Below, in pieces: positions 15,011 through 26,385 of a DNA stretch of 64,000 bases (its first letter is position 1; each line of letters starts with the position of its first letter). The position numbers and the translations under genes were made by a program. The stretch is from Eledone cirrhosa. Taxonomy: Eukaryota. The notes under the pieces are model-generated. The model did no database searches. It was not told the DNA's origin and saw only the letters and a list, made by a program, of their open reading frames with translations. The DNA lies in the NCBI GenBank assembly GCA_964016885.1, contig OZ024743.1, positions 298,406,001 to 298,470,000 of the forward strand. Direction: 5' to 3'.

Positions 15011-15229
15011 TATGTATGTATGTATGTATGTATGTATGTATGTATGTATGTATGTATGTATGTATGTATGTATGTATGTATGTATTACTATAATTGCTTT
15101 ACAGCATAGAGTTATGGCTCTCCACGGAGTCAACAAAAGAGAGTACCAGTGATGCGCTGGCCAGTCGCTGGATCCGTGCCAAAAGCAGAAAAATTATTAT
15201 TTATATTTTACATTTACTTACATCTCAAT

Positions 15230-15464
15230 ATAACATGGCTAGAATTCGAATTTTGCTAAGAGAAGAAAACCATCATGCTTGCCAAACATGTGGTAGAGAA
15301 TGTAAATCAGCAGGAGGACTCAAGCGACATGCAAAAGTACACGAACTCCAACCACAGCCGACTATTCCCAGTAAATGTTTTGGTTGCCGACTCTGTGCAA
15401 GACATTTTAGATCATTGGCTGGGCTAAAAAGCCACATTCGATCGCAGCACTGTTAGTTGCTATC

Positions 15465-15502
<38 letters not shown>

Positions 15503-15581
15503 GCTTATGTGCGTGCGTGTGTGTGTATATATATATGAATATGTATATTATTATTGTTGTTGTCGTTATTATTATTATTGC

Positions 15582-15627
<46 letters not shown>

Positions 15628-15749
15628 GTTATTAATGTATGTGTGTATATATGTGTGAGTGTATGTGTATGTATGTGTGTGTGTATATATGTATGTATAT
15701 GTATGTATGTGTGTGTGTATATATATGTGTATATATATATATATGTATA

Positions 15750-15784
<35 letters not shown>

Positions 15785-15790
15785 TTTCCC

Positions 15791-15872
<82 letters not shown>

Positions 15873-15945
15873 TTTTTATTTTTTTATTTTTTTATTTTTT
15901 TATTGTGCAATGGCCATACTCGATAACGAGGGGGCAGCCATCATG
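15230..15945 (+). mobile_element. RTE-type LINE 3' end encoding two C2H2 zinc fingers, interrupted by microsatellites
   Basis: CQTC..HAKVH and CRLC..HIRSQH; terminus GGCCATACTCGATAACGAG..GCAGCCATCA(TGTA)n recurs at 16700 and 24650. Confidence 0.65.
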
Positions 15946-15979
15946 TATGTATGTATGTATGTATGTGTGTATGTATGTA

Positions 15980-16745
15980 TGTCGGGTCACTCTTGAGTGC
16001 TACTGGTAACATGTAATCCAGTACAACCTGTCGCATGGTCAGGTCGTCGGCGACTAAACCGGCAACGCCACCAAATTTACTTGGTGAGGAGGGTGATTTT
16101 GGACACCCTGCAGGACAAAAATCAAAACCCGACAAAGGGCGGAAAAACTCATAAGAGTTAACGGCCATCCAAAAGTGTGTAAATATGTATATACACATGT
16201 ACATATGTATATATATATGCGTGGGGACATAGAAATAGTTGGGCTGGACACCCGATCGCGCGGTTAAACCACTGGGAGTGAAGGACTCCTAGCCTTTATC
16301 AGGGCATTCTTCTAGGAGAAGGCAACTCAGGAAACTGGGATAACTCCGATATAAAACCTGCGGCTCAGTAGTTACCAATGATGTTGATCTTTTCTTCTTT
16401 TCGGGTTATAGCTACTGTCGCTCAGAGTTTGGGATTGGCTCGGTGCACAGTTTTTCCGCACTTTAAAAAATATCATCACGCACAGGCATTGCACGATAGA
16501 ATTAATTAATTGTTTCTACTTTAGGCACAAGGCCAGCAATTACCCAGTGCATTACTGGTACTTTATTTTATCGACCCCGTAAGGATGAAAGGCAAAGTCA
16601 ACCTCGGCAGGATTTGAACTCAGATCGTAAAGGGACGTAACTATGCTGGAAAGCATGGCGTCCGACCCTCTACTGATACTGCCAATTGGTATATCGTGCA
16701 ATGGCCATACTCAGTAATGAGGCGGCAGCCATCATCTATGTATAG
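15980..16745 (+). mobile_element. Putative non-autonomous bipartite RTE derivative (5'UTR + 3' end) with nested SINE
   Basis: CTAGGAGAAGG(C/A)AACTC motif typical of RTE 5' regions; 3' terminus closely matches 15903-15945; a relative lies at 24305-24540. Confidence 0.55.
16508..16686 (-). mobile_element. SINE family A
   Basis: Near full-length copy with A/B boxes, inserted at attaattaatt. Confidence 0.9.
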
Positions 16746-16921
16746 ATGGATGTGTGTGTGCGTGTATGTGTGTATGTGTGTGTGTGGATAGATAGGGTTT
16801 TGTTGATGTATATAAAAAATGAATAATTGTTTACCAGAGAATTTGACTTGACGTTATACTTTGATTCGTATATCTCCTCTCACTGAAGTCTATATTTTTC
16901 CTAGTGCTACATCTGTGTGTG

Positions 16922-17043
<122 letters not shown>

Positions 17044-17993
17044 GAGAGAGATAGAGAAAGAGAGAGAACCTGATATTAACCTGTTTGTGGTTATTCGCTA
17101 CGATCAGCACCACGCGTGTATCAGTGATTGGCTATAATTGTGTCCTTGTCTCCCATAGTGTAGAAGGCATGTAGAGCCTGTGGTGGTTATTAACATTGAT
17201 AAGACTGAAGTTCTCTATCAACTAATCTTTGGCACGAGTTAAAAGTCGCTTAACCTGATCCTCCCACCACCAAAGAGAAACAGTTGGTAGAGACAAGTCC
17301 CTTTATCCACTTGGAAAATGCAATCGCTAGTGATGGCAAGCTCAGTGATGAAGTAGATTGCAAGGGGAGTTGTATAGAAGAGTCTTCTACGTTGATATAC
17401 AAGGAAACATTCAAACAGTAACTTGGTAATTCAATGTAATATCCTCAAAGATATTTTTGTACACATACACACACACTGACTCAAACACACACACACACAC
17501 ACGCGCGCGCGCATTCAGATGCACACACGTACGCATTGATTTCTAACTTTTGATATAACATTACCAATTCAGCAGGAAGGGAGGTAATCGATTGAATCAA
17601 CTCAGTATACGCCTGATGCTTATTCTACTGACCCCGCAGTGATGAAAGAGTTAACCCAAGCGAGACTTGAACCTAGAATGTAAAGTAACACAACTAAATA
17701 GCGCAAGAGCAACACATATACCAACGTATACATACACGTATTTTAGTATGTTTATTGATGTACTGGTGTATGTATTGATATGTGTGTAATGGTGTGTATA
17801 GGTGAATCAATAGTGTGTTAAGCACGATTGATTCATTGGTTTTTGTGTAGTTCTGTATGGTTACTGTGGATCGGAGATCAGTTCGATTGACACACTTGAT
17901 TAAACACAGTGAGATATATTTCGTAGTTATGTTAGAGAGAGTGAGGGAGGAAGGGTGAGAGAGAGTGTGTAAGAGAGAGAGAGGGAGAGATAG

Positions 17994-18025
<32 letters not shown>

Positions 18026-18159
18026 AGTGAGTTGAATGAAAGAAGAAAATCAGGTGGCGGGTGTTCCGGAAGAAAAATATGGGAAATAGGAATATTTATA
18101 CACAAACACACACACATATATATATGTGTGTAATATACGTAAGTAATATATATATGCAT

Positions 18160-18204
18160 ATATATATATGCTTATATATATATATAAGCATATATATATA
18201 GGTG

Positions 18205-18236
<32 letters not shown>

Positions 18237-18454
18237 TACACCTATATATATACATATATATATGCTTATATACATATGTATGTATATATATATGCATATA
18301 TATTCATATATATACCTATATATATGTATATATATACCTATATATATGCATATATATATACATATGTATGTATATATATATAGGCATATATATACATATA
18401 TATATAAATATATATGCATATATATATATATATACATATGTATAAATGTATATA

Positions 18455-18492
<38 letters not shown>

Positions 18493-18505
18493 CATATATA
18501 TATAC

Positions 18506-18544
<39 letters not shown>

Positions 18545-18557
18545 CATATATATATAC

Positions 18558-18594
<37 letters not shown>

Positions 18595-18622
18595 AACATA
18601 TATATATATATATATATATATA
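18160..18622. repeat. Interrupted (TA)n microsatellite
   Basis: Direct observation. Confidence 0.97.
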
Positions 18623-19191
18623 TCTAGGGCGGGTAAAATTCCCGAGATCCATGGACGCAGTCTCTGTCCCTCGTTATCGCTGCTATGTCCTGCGTCTCCA
18701 ACAGACCAGTGTCTGTCCTTAAGGCATCAACATACGTTAACCTTGGTCTACCTCTTCCAGTGTGTCCATGTAGGGGCTCCCACAGGAGCACTGAGTGCAA
18801 TGTCAACTCTGGATGTCGGTGAGCATGGCCAGCTAACCTCAGTATCCTCTGTGTCCCTTTTGAGCTGACTTTTGGGAGGCTCCCTTACAGTTCTGAGTTT
18901 TTTATCCTCAGTGTATACTGATTAATGTTCAGAGCCATCCTCAGCATTCTCGTGTAGCACCCATCCACCATCTGAGTGAGTTTCTTGGTCAGTGTCCAAG
19001 TTTCAGACCCGTACAGCAGCACAGACTCCACTACAGCAATGAAGAGGCAGATTTTCAGGTCTTTACGAAGGTCTGACTACTTCCACACCGATATCAAGCT
19101 GTGGCACGCCGTCCTGGCTTTGCTCTTCCTCTCAACCACATCTTCCGTATTTCCAATCTTTGCTCCCAAATACATTTGTATTTGGGAGCAA

Positions 19192-19192
<1 letters not shown>
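18623..19192 (-). mobile_element. RTE-type LINE 3' fragment (different family)
   Basis: [17 protein letters not shown]-terminal RT motif; upstream AVVESVLLYGSETWTLT. Confidence 0.75.
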
Positions 19193-19231
<39 letters not shown>

Positions 19232-19233
<2 letters not shown>

Positions 19234-19419
19234 CTGTTTCTACGTTAGGCACAAGGCCAGCAATTACCCAGTGCATTACTGGTACTTTATTTTATCGACC
19301 CCGTAAGGATGAAAGGCAAAGTTAACCTCGGCGGGATTTGAACTCAGAATGGCAAGGGCCGTAACTCTATACGTCAAAGCATGGCGTCCGAGCCTCTACC
19401 GATACTGCCAATCCACCGC

Positions 19420-19421
<2 letters not shown>
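19232..19421 (-). mobile_element. SINE family A, full length
   Basis: 5' GGCGGATTGGCAGTATCGG, B box and tail all present. Confidence 0.9.
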
Positions 19422-19470
<49 letters not shown>

Positions 19471-19471
<1 letters not shown>

Positions 19472-19556
19472 CGAATGAAAAGTGGTAAGGAACCAGGTGG
19501 ACCATAACGCACCAAAGTACTCAATACTTAGGACAGTAGAGTGGGCGTTACTTGTG

Positions 19557-19632
<76 letters not shown>

Positions 19633-19740
19633 CATATATAACGAAGGAAATGTGGTAAGAAACCAGATGGACCATAACGCACCAAAGTACTCAATACTTA
19701 GGGTAGTAGAGTGGGTAATAGGAACAAGTATGACTAAAAT
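19471..19740 (-). repeat. Two short terminal copies of the 61136-61348 element, each bounded by (TA)n
   Basis: 19471-19558 and 19641-19730 are reverse complements of about 61260-61345. Confidence 0.85.
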
Positions 19741-20272
19741 TTCTTAGTAATATAATTGTTCTGCATACCCTTGCATTGAACCACAAAGTTACTAAGACAA
19801 AACCTGTATATTTGCTAGCATAGGTATGCATCTGTATATATATGTTGGTAGATATACTAATTCTTTATAATTATCTCCAAATTATTTGTTGAACAAAAAT
19901 TTGCCGAAATTACTGCTATGGTTCATGGTAGTAGTCAGGCTCCTGTCTTATTAGCACCCCACTCCTCACTGATTAACCTCAGTGTCACGTGATTGATTCT
20001 TTTGAATTTGCCACCGACCAAGTAGGCAGAGATTTTTTCAATGTCCTGGAATTTAGTCCCCGCTCGCTTTTTTCCATCCACTGAATTATTTTTGTATAAG
20101 TTCCCTGTGTCCACGCATTGCCTGGAAACTTAGCTGAGAATAGATTCCCTGATGACGTAAGGATTCTCTATGGCTCCGTTCGGTAACCATATTTATTTCC
20201 TTACAGAAACTAATTAGTTGGAGTGAAATTTTAGTAAGTAAGTTGATTTTCATAATTTTCTTATTTTACGTC

Positions 20273-20393
<121 letters not shown>

Positions 20394-20469
20394 GTTGTGT
20401 ATAGTGGTAGCTATGGTGTTTCCATAGGCGGTATGCCAAAATTAGCATCGATATTCATCAGAGTAGAGT

Positions 20470-21790
20470 GTAGATATTATAAAGAAAAGGAAAAATCAGT
20501 GATGCATCTTGACTTAGTTTATTTCGTGTTACAAATGTTTCGCCGGCATGTAGCTCGAGATATGGTCCTTGTATGGATCTGGCTGATTCTACTTCTGCAG
20601 GTTCTTTCAGACACGGGTGTTTCGTCCGGTGCAAATTTTATCACTGGGGTGTTATCATAAAAAAACCACCCTCAAAAACCCTATTTCCACTCTTGTCATG
20701 CCATTGGCTGTTTTTACTCCACGTCATCACAAGTTCTGGTCAGTATCTGCTGCCACAAGGTTCATCAACCATTTTCCGTCCGACACATTTTAATGGAGTC
20801 ATGCTGGGTTCAGTACTTCACACGTCTGCTCACACTTCAGAGTAAGCACCCACACATACTAAAATACACACATACACACACACACATGCAGACACATACG
20901 TATCTATGTATACACACACGTACGCCTACATGCGCAGACACACACCGCGCCACATACATACATCGAAGTATATATACTCCCTCTCTCCTTCACTTCCACA
21001 GACCCATTCAGACCCACTTGTTGATACATATCGCCACAAGCCTTCTGACGGCTGCTTACTTCCCGCCCTAAATCATTTGGGATACGCATATCCTACTTCA
21101 ACTTATACATATATACATACATACGCGCGCACATATACATACGCCCAACCTTCTATACATCTATACTCATATATATCTATACATACACACTCATACACGC
21201 ACATATATACACATACACACATACACACATATATACACATACATACATATATACACACATGTGTATACACATATATATATATATATACACACATATACAT
21301 ACATACACACACACATATATGTAAATGTATACTCACACATGTCAACACATATATACAAATACACATAGATACATAAACATTACCTACACACGTACATACA
21401 CACACACACATATATATATATATTCATATGTATATATATATATATATATATACACACAAAAGAAAAGAGACAATTTAACATGCATACGCACGTCCACATA
21501 TATACACATACAAATACCCACGCATATGCCGATATACATAGCTCTACACATGCATACGCATACGTGTTGCCACATGCATACACCTGCACGCATGCATATC
21601 TGCCTACACACATGTGCTTCAACATATACCTATATAAACATAACTGTAAGTGAACAGTTAAAGATACATTATGCAATAAAAACAATATACCATAAAGTAA
21701 CAGTAAATTACCGTAACTTAAACATATACAATGTAATATAATATACAATATGATATATATATATATTTCCCTTTAATATATACATATATA
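20470..21790 (-). mobile_element. Relative of the Penelope 3' region at 8430-9500
   Basis: aaaaatcagtgatgcatct..tttcgccggc..agctcgaga..tcactggggtgtt shared with 8440-8600, followed by a similar CA-rich tract. Confidence 0.65.
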
Positions 21791-21796
21791 TACACC

Positions 21797-21849
<53 letters not shown>

Positions 21850-21934
21850 ACACAGACTCATACATACATATACGGATATATACGGATATATATAAAGGAT
21901 ATGTGATAAAATAATACAACAAGAATAATAGTAA

Positions 21935-22115
21935 TAATTGTTTCTACTTTAGGCACAAGGCCAGCAATTATCCCAGTGCATTACTGGTACTTTATTTTAT
22001 CGACCCTGTAAGGATGAAAAGCAAAGTTAATCTCGGCGGGATTTGAACTCAGACTGTAAAGGGACGTAACTATGCTAGAAAACATGGCGTCCAACCCTCT
22101 ACCGATACTACCAAT
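21935..22115 (-). mobile_element. SINE family A
   Basis: Near full-length match to family. Confidence 0.9.
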
Positions 22116-22255
22116 TACTACGAATGACACATCACATATTTGACTGCTCTCCTTTACACTTACCTCGTTGAGGGAAGTCTATCTCTATTGCCTTCCTTCT
22201 CCTGTCAACATTTGCACAACTTGATTCTCCGATTGTCATAAGACTTACTATCATG

Positions 22256-22443
22256 TGGATTGGCAGTATCGGTGGAGGGTCGGACGCCATGCTTTGCAGC
22301 ATAGAATTACGCCCCTTTACAGTCTGAGTTCAAATCCCGCCGAGATTAACTTTGCCTTTCATCCTTACGGGATCGATAAAATAAAGTACCAGCAATGCAC
22401 TGGGATAATTGGTGGTCTTGTGCCAAAAGTAGAAACAATTATT
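22256..22443 (+). mobile_element. SINE family A
   Basis: TGGCAGTATCGG..GAGTTCAAATCC..GTAGAAACAATTATT. Confidence 0.9.
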
Positions 22444-22444
22444 A

Positions 22445-24162
22445 AATATAACAGAAGCAAACAATAAAAATAACAATAACGTCGACAAGAACGGCAACGC
22501 AAATGGCAACAGCAATAAGCTGCAAATAATAATGAAACGGTCACGGTGACCCACGAGGAAATGGATGAACCCAGACAAATGCTAAACAAATGGACACAGA
22601 GTCAGCCTCACTCCTCCTTCAAACGTCGTGGAACACCGACGGCTATGTACGGTACCATACCGTACAATTAGAGTAAAGACACGCCGAGTGAAGAGGGCCT
22701 CGGAGTCCCAGGTACAAAAGACTTTGAGAGCTATGTGGGTTCAAAAACCCATATTGCACGTGGGAGAAGATATAGAACCGTAGACGTGTTCTATGCCACC
22801 CCACAGGAAACCAGAGAACACTCCATAACACCACTAAAGAGCGATGAGCTCACTCTGGTCCCAAGCTACTGCATCCAAAGACTCGTATGAGTGCGAGTCA
22901 CCCAAGTTTCACCCGCAATAGCCAATCGCTGGTTGATGGCTGCTGTGCTTGCCGACATCGAGGACGACATCAGAATCCTGGAAATCCAGAATCCACCATG
23001 CCACAAGCAACACCAACGCTTGTGGAGGGCACGCCACTCCCCAACCTGGAACTGAAGACGGATTGTGACGAGGAAGAGCGGTGGACAACCGTCAAAACCA
23101 GAAAAAAGGAAGAACTCTCTTCTTTCGCCCTAAAATAAAGAAAGCGAAACAAACAAACAAACAAACAAACAAACAAAAAAGTTAAGACATCAAAGCTTCA
23201 CCATCACCCACACTATCATCACCAGCCCCACCACCATAAACACCAACGCCATCACCATAATCAACCCTAACACCACCACCACCACCACCACAAACAACAA
23301 CAACAAGGCAAACAAACGCACATGTGCAAGCAAAACACACGCAAACACAAGAAAACGATAAAACTGCAACGCACTACACGGCTTTAAATACAAAGAGCAA
23401 ACAGTTATTGCACTACATCCAGCACAACACCAGCATCACAGAGAAAATCTACTCAATACCCCAAAATTTCACACCACCCACACACATACAAATAACACGC
23501 ATCTCCCAAAAGACATATACTGTTTTGAAAGGAAAATTTCCCAATGACATTGGAGATTTCTGTGAAACACTCCCCAGAAGGATATATAAAGACATCCTTG
23601 CGGAGAGGGCCACAACCAGTCAGAAGAACGGAGGAACCGTCCTTCTCTCACAGGGCTGAGGTAAATAGTCTTTCCCACGTTTTCCTACTCTTCTTTCAAC
23701 ATGAATAGGCAGCGTAAATGCACGTGGCCTGGGATCGTCATGGAAGCAGGGTCACCTGCTCAACTACCTCAAGTCAATGAACATAGATTTGGTAGTCATC
23801 AGCGAGACCAAAACTTCCAAGGCACAAGCCTTCGCATCCATTTTTTTTGCCGGTTACAAGGTGTACGCATCTCCAAGCCGTCCGGGATTTGGAAGGCATT
23901 CGTTGTTATTTCGGAAAGGCCTGGATCTTGTCATACGGACCATCTTTATGGACCCAGAAGGTAAGTCGATGGTGCTGGACATGACCAGCAGCGAGGGCTA
24001 TATTTTCAGGCTAGAGGCTGTTTATGCCCCGACAGGGGCAGAACGGCCTGATTTCTTCAGGCGACTGGAGACCTTCCTAGGAAAGACCCGCTCTGTCATG
24101 TTAGTCGGCGATTGGAACGGGATATTGGATGCACGCTGGAACTGTGTGGGACTAGCGGATAG
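22445..24162 (+). mobile_element. Tx1/L1-clade LINE #3, degenerate ORF1 + start of APE endonuclease
   Basis: Colinear with about 35780-37860; ISET, AVYAPTG, LVGDWN APE motifs. Confidence 0.85.
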
Positions 24163-24304
24163 TTTTACTGTCTTTGTTGAAAGACACTGTTGAACCCTGT
24201 CTCCATGTTGTTTTGTCTCATATGCATCTTTCCGGCGGCTTGTTTGTATATACACACACACACACATATATTTGTATATATGTATGTATGTATATATGTT
24301 ATAT

Positions 24305-24690
24305 CAGAGTTTTCCTTCTCCTAGAATTCTGCCTTGACAAAGGCTAAGGGGTCATCTCTCCCGATGATTTTGGATGGCCATTGACTCTTAAGAGCTCCTT
24401 TTCCCTTTGACAGATTTTGTTTTTAGTCCTGCAGGATGTCCAAAGTGACCCTCCTCACCAAGAAACCTTGCTTTATATGTGGAGATCTCTCTTCACTTGT
24501 CGTCACATGGTACCATGGGCCCAGCACTATGTGTCAATAATTGTCACAAGTATAGTGTTTGTACCAGAGTTTTCAAGTCGCTGGCTGGACTAAAAAGTCA
24601 CACTCGTTTTGCTCATCGGTAGGGGTTCTCCTACATGGATATAAAGTAGTGGCGGTACTCGAAAACGAGTTGGCAGCCACCATGTATGTA
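24305..24690. mobile_element. RTE-derived piece: inverted 5'UTR joined to a sense C2H2/3' end
   Basis: 24305-24540 is the reverse complement of the 15980-16330 family; 24545-24690 encodes FKSLAGLKSH and ends GCAGCCACCATGTATG. Confidence 0.6.
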
Positions 24691-24739
24691 TATGTGCTCC
24701 TTCTCCACATTTTATAATTATATATATATATATATATAT

Positions 24740-25425
24740 GTGTGGAGTTGGAAAGAACAAACAAAACGCAGGAATCAATTGTATACAGTTGTATTAGGTT
24801 CACGGTTGGTGGGAGTGGAGGTTTCGACGTTTCGGACTTAAGTCCTTCATCAGGAAAGTTGAGAGGAACTCCGAGAGGGAGTAAGGAGGATTGTAAGGAG
24901 GGAAGTTAGCAAGTAAAGATCACAAAAAGAAGGGAAAAATAAAAATAAATGTAAACAAAAAAAAGAAGTGAAAATAAAGGAAGGGTGTATAGGTCCGGGA
25001 TGGCAAGGGTGTGGTAGTGTGTATAGGGGTGGGTTGAGTTGGAGAGGGGAGAGAGAAAGAGTGGGGGAGAAGCAAGAAAATCAGAGTCCGGGTGGGGATG
25101 GCGGAAGGTAGGTGTGTATATATGTGTAGATGTAAGTATGTGTGTGTATGTATGGATGTAAGTATGTGTGTGTGTGTGGATGTAAGTATGAGAGTCTGAA
25201 AGGAAGCGAGTGTATGTGAATGTAGGTTCTGAAAAGACATTGTGTATCTATTGAAGTGGTGTATATGTCTGTGCGCGTATATGTTCCTGTATGGGTATGT
25301 GTATGTGTGCATGTGGATGGAGGGGGTCGGATGTGATGAGAATGTGTCGAGTCCGGAGGAGGTGTGGGGTGAAGTGTGGGTGTATGTGTGGTTGAAAAGA
25401 AGTGAATGTGTGTGAGAGCGTATAT
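24740..25425 (-). mobile_element. Penelope-type 3' terminal region bounded by (TA)n
   Basis: Contains a canonical minimal hammerhead; TA repeats on both sides; no coding remnant. Confidence 0.55.
24822..24857 (-). ncRNA. Minimal type I hammerhead ribozyme (Penelope-type)
   Basis: tttc CTGATGA aggac ttaa gtcc GAAA cg TC gaaa: full core, stem I tttc/gaaa, palindromic ACGU stem III, GUC site. Confidence 0.8.
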
Positions 25426-25444
25426 ATATATAAATATGTATATA

Positions 25445-25544
<100 letters not shown>

Positions 25545-26385
25545 TATATGCATATATATATGTATTATAAAATATATGGAGAATAGGATTGGCTGTGTAG
25601 TTGGTAGTTAAGGTAGCTTAAAATGGAGTAAGAATAAGAAGAAAGCAAGAACGGGTGGGGGTCCTCATCAGTTGTCTACTGGGGGTCTCGGATATATATA
25701 TGTATGTATCTATGTATGTGTGTCAATTGAAACATCGACAGCCCATGTGCAAGACGTGTTCTTGTTACCATTTTGTATTTTCTATGTACATTTGTGTATG
25801 TCAGTACATGTGTGTTTATATATATATGTAGGTGTGTAGCGAAGTAGATTTATTTTGGTTGTAGAGATAGAATGTATTGTAAATGTAGCGAAAGAGGTTA
25901 CCAGACTTGACTAGAAACCTATCAGAGAGCGGCTGATACTTTGACAGTTTGCTCTCTTCGGCCTGGTGAAAAGCAAACCCTGGTCTGGTAGCCGATCGCA
26001 CCAGGTTGCCGCTAGAGAAGACGTTACAGCATGTGGAATCCCAGATGAAGGGTCTACTCCTGCAGAACGAGAATATTGTCATACGATCTGTCCTTTTGCC
26101 GTTACCTCTGTCCAGCCACGATGGCTAGAGCTGGGAAGGGAAGCCTGTTCTAATTTAGGCATAAGGCCCAAAATCTGCGATTATATCAATCCTCGGAAGG
26201 ATGAAAACCAAAGTTGACCTCGGAAGGATTTGATATATAATCTACCTTTTTTTTTTATATAAAGCCCTATTTTACACACCCTGATCCCATAAGGCTAAAC
26301 AAGCACACACACACACACACACGCACACAAAAGCACACACATTTGGCACCCTTCTACATTATTATTATTATTATTATTATTATTA

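Noticed and set aside
25655-25690. Minus-strand CTGATGAGGAC hammerhead start
   Set aside because: No closing stem II or GAAA downstream
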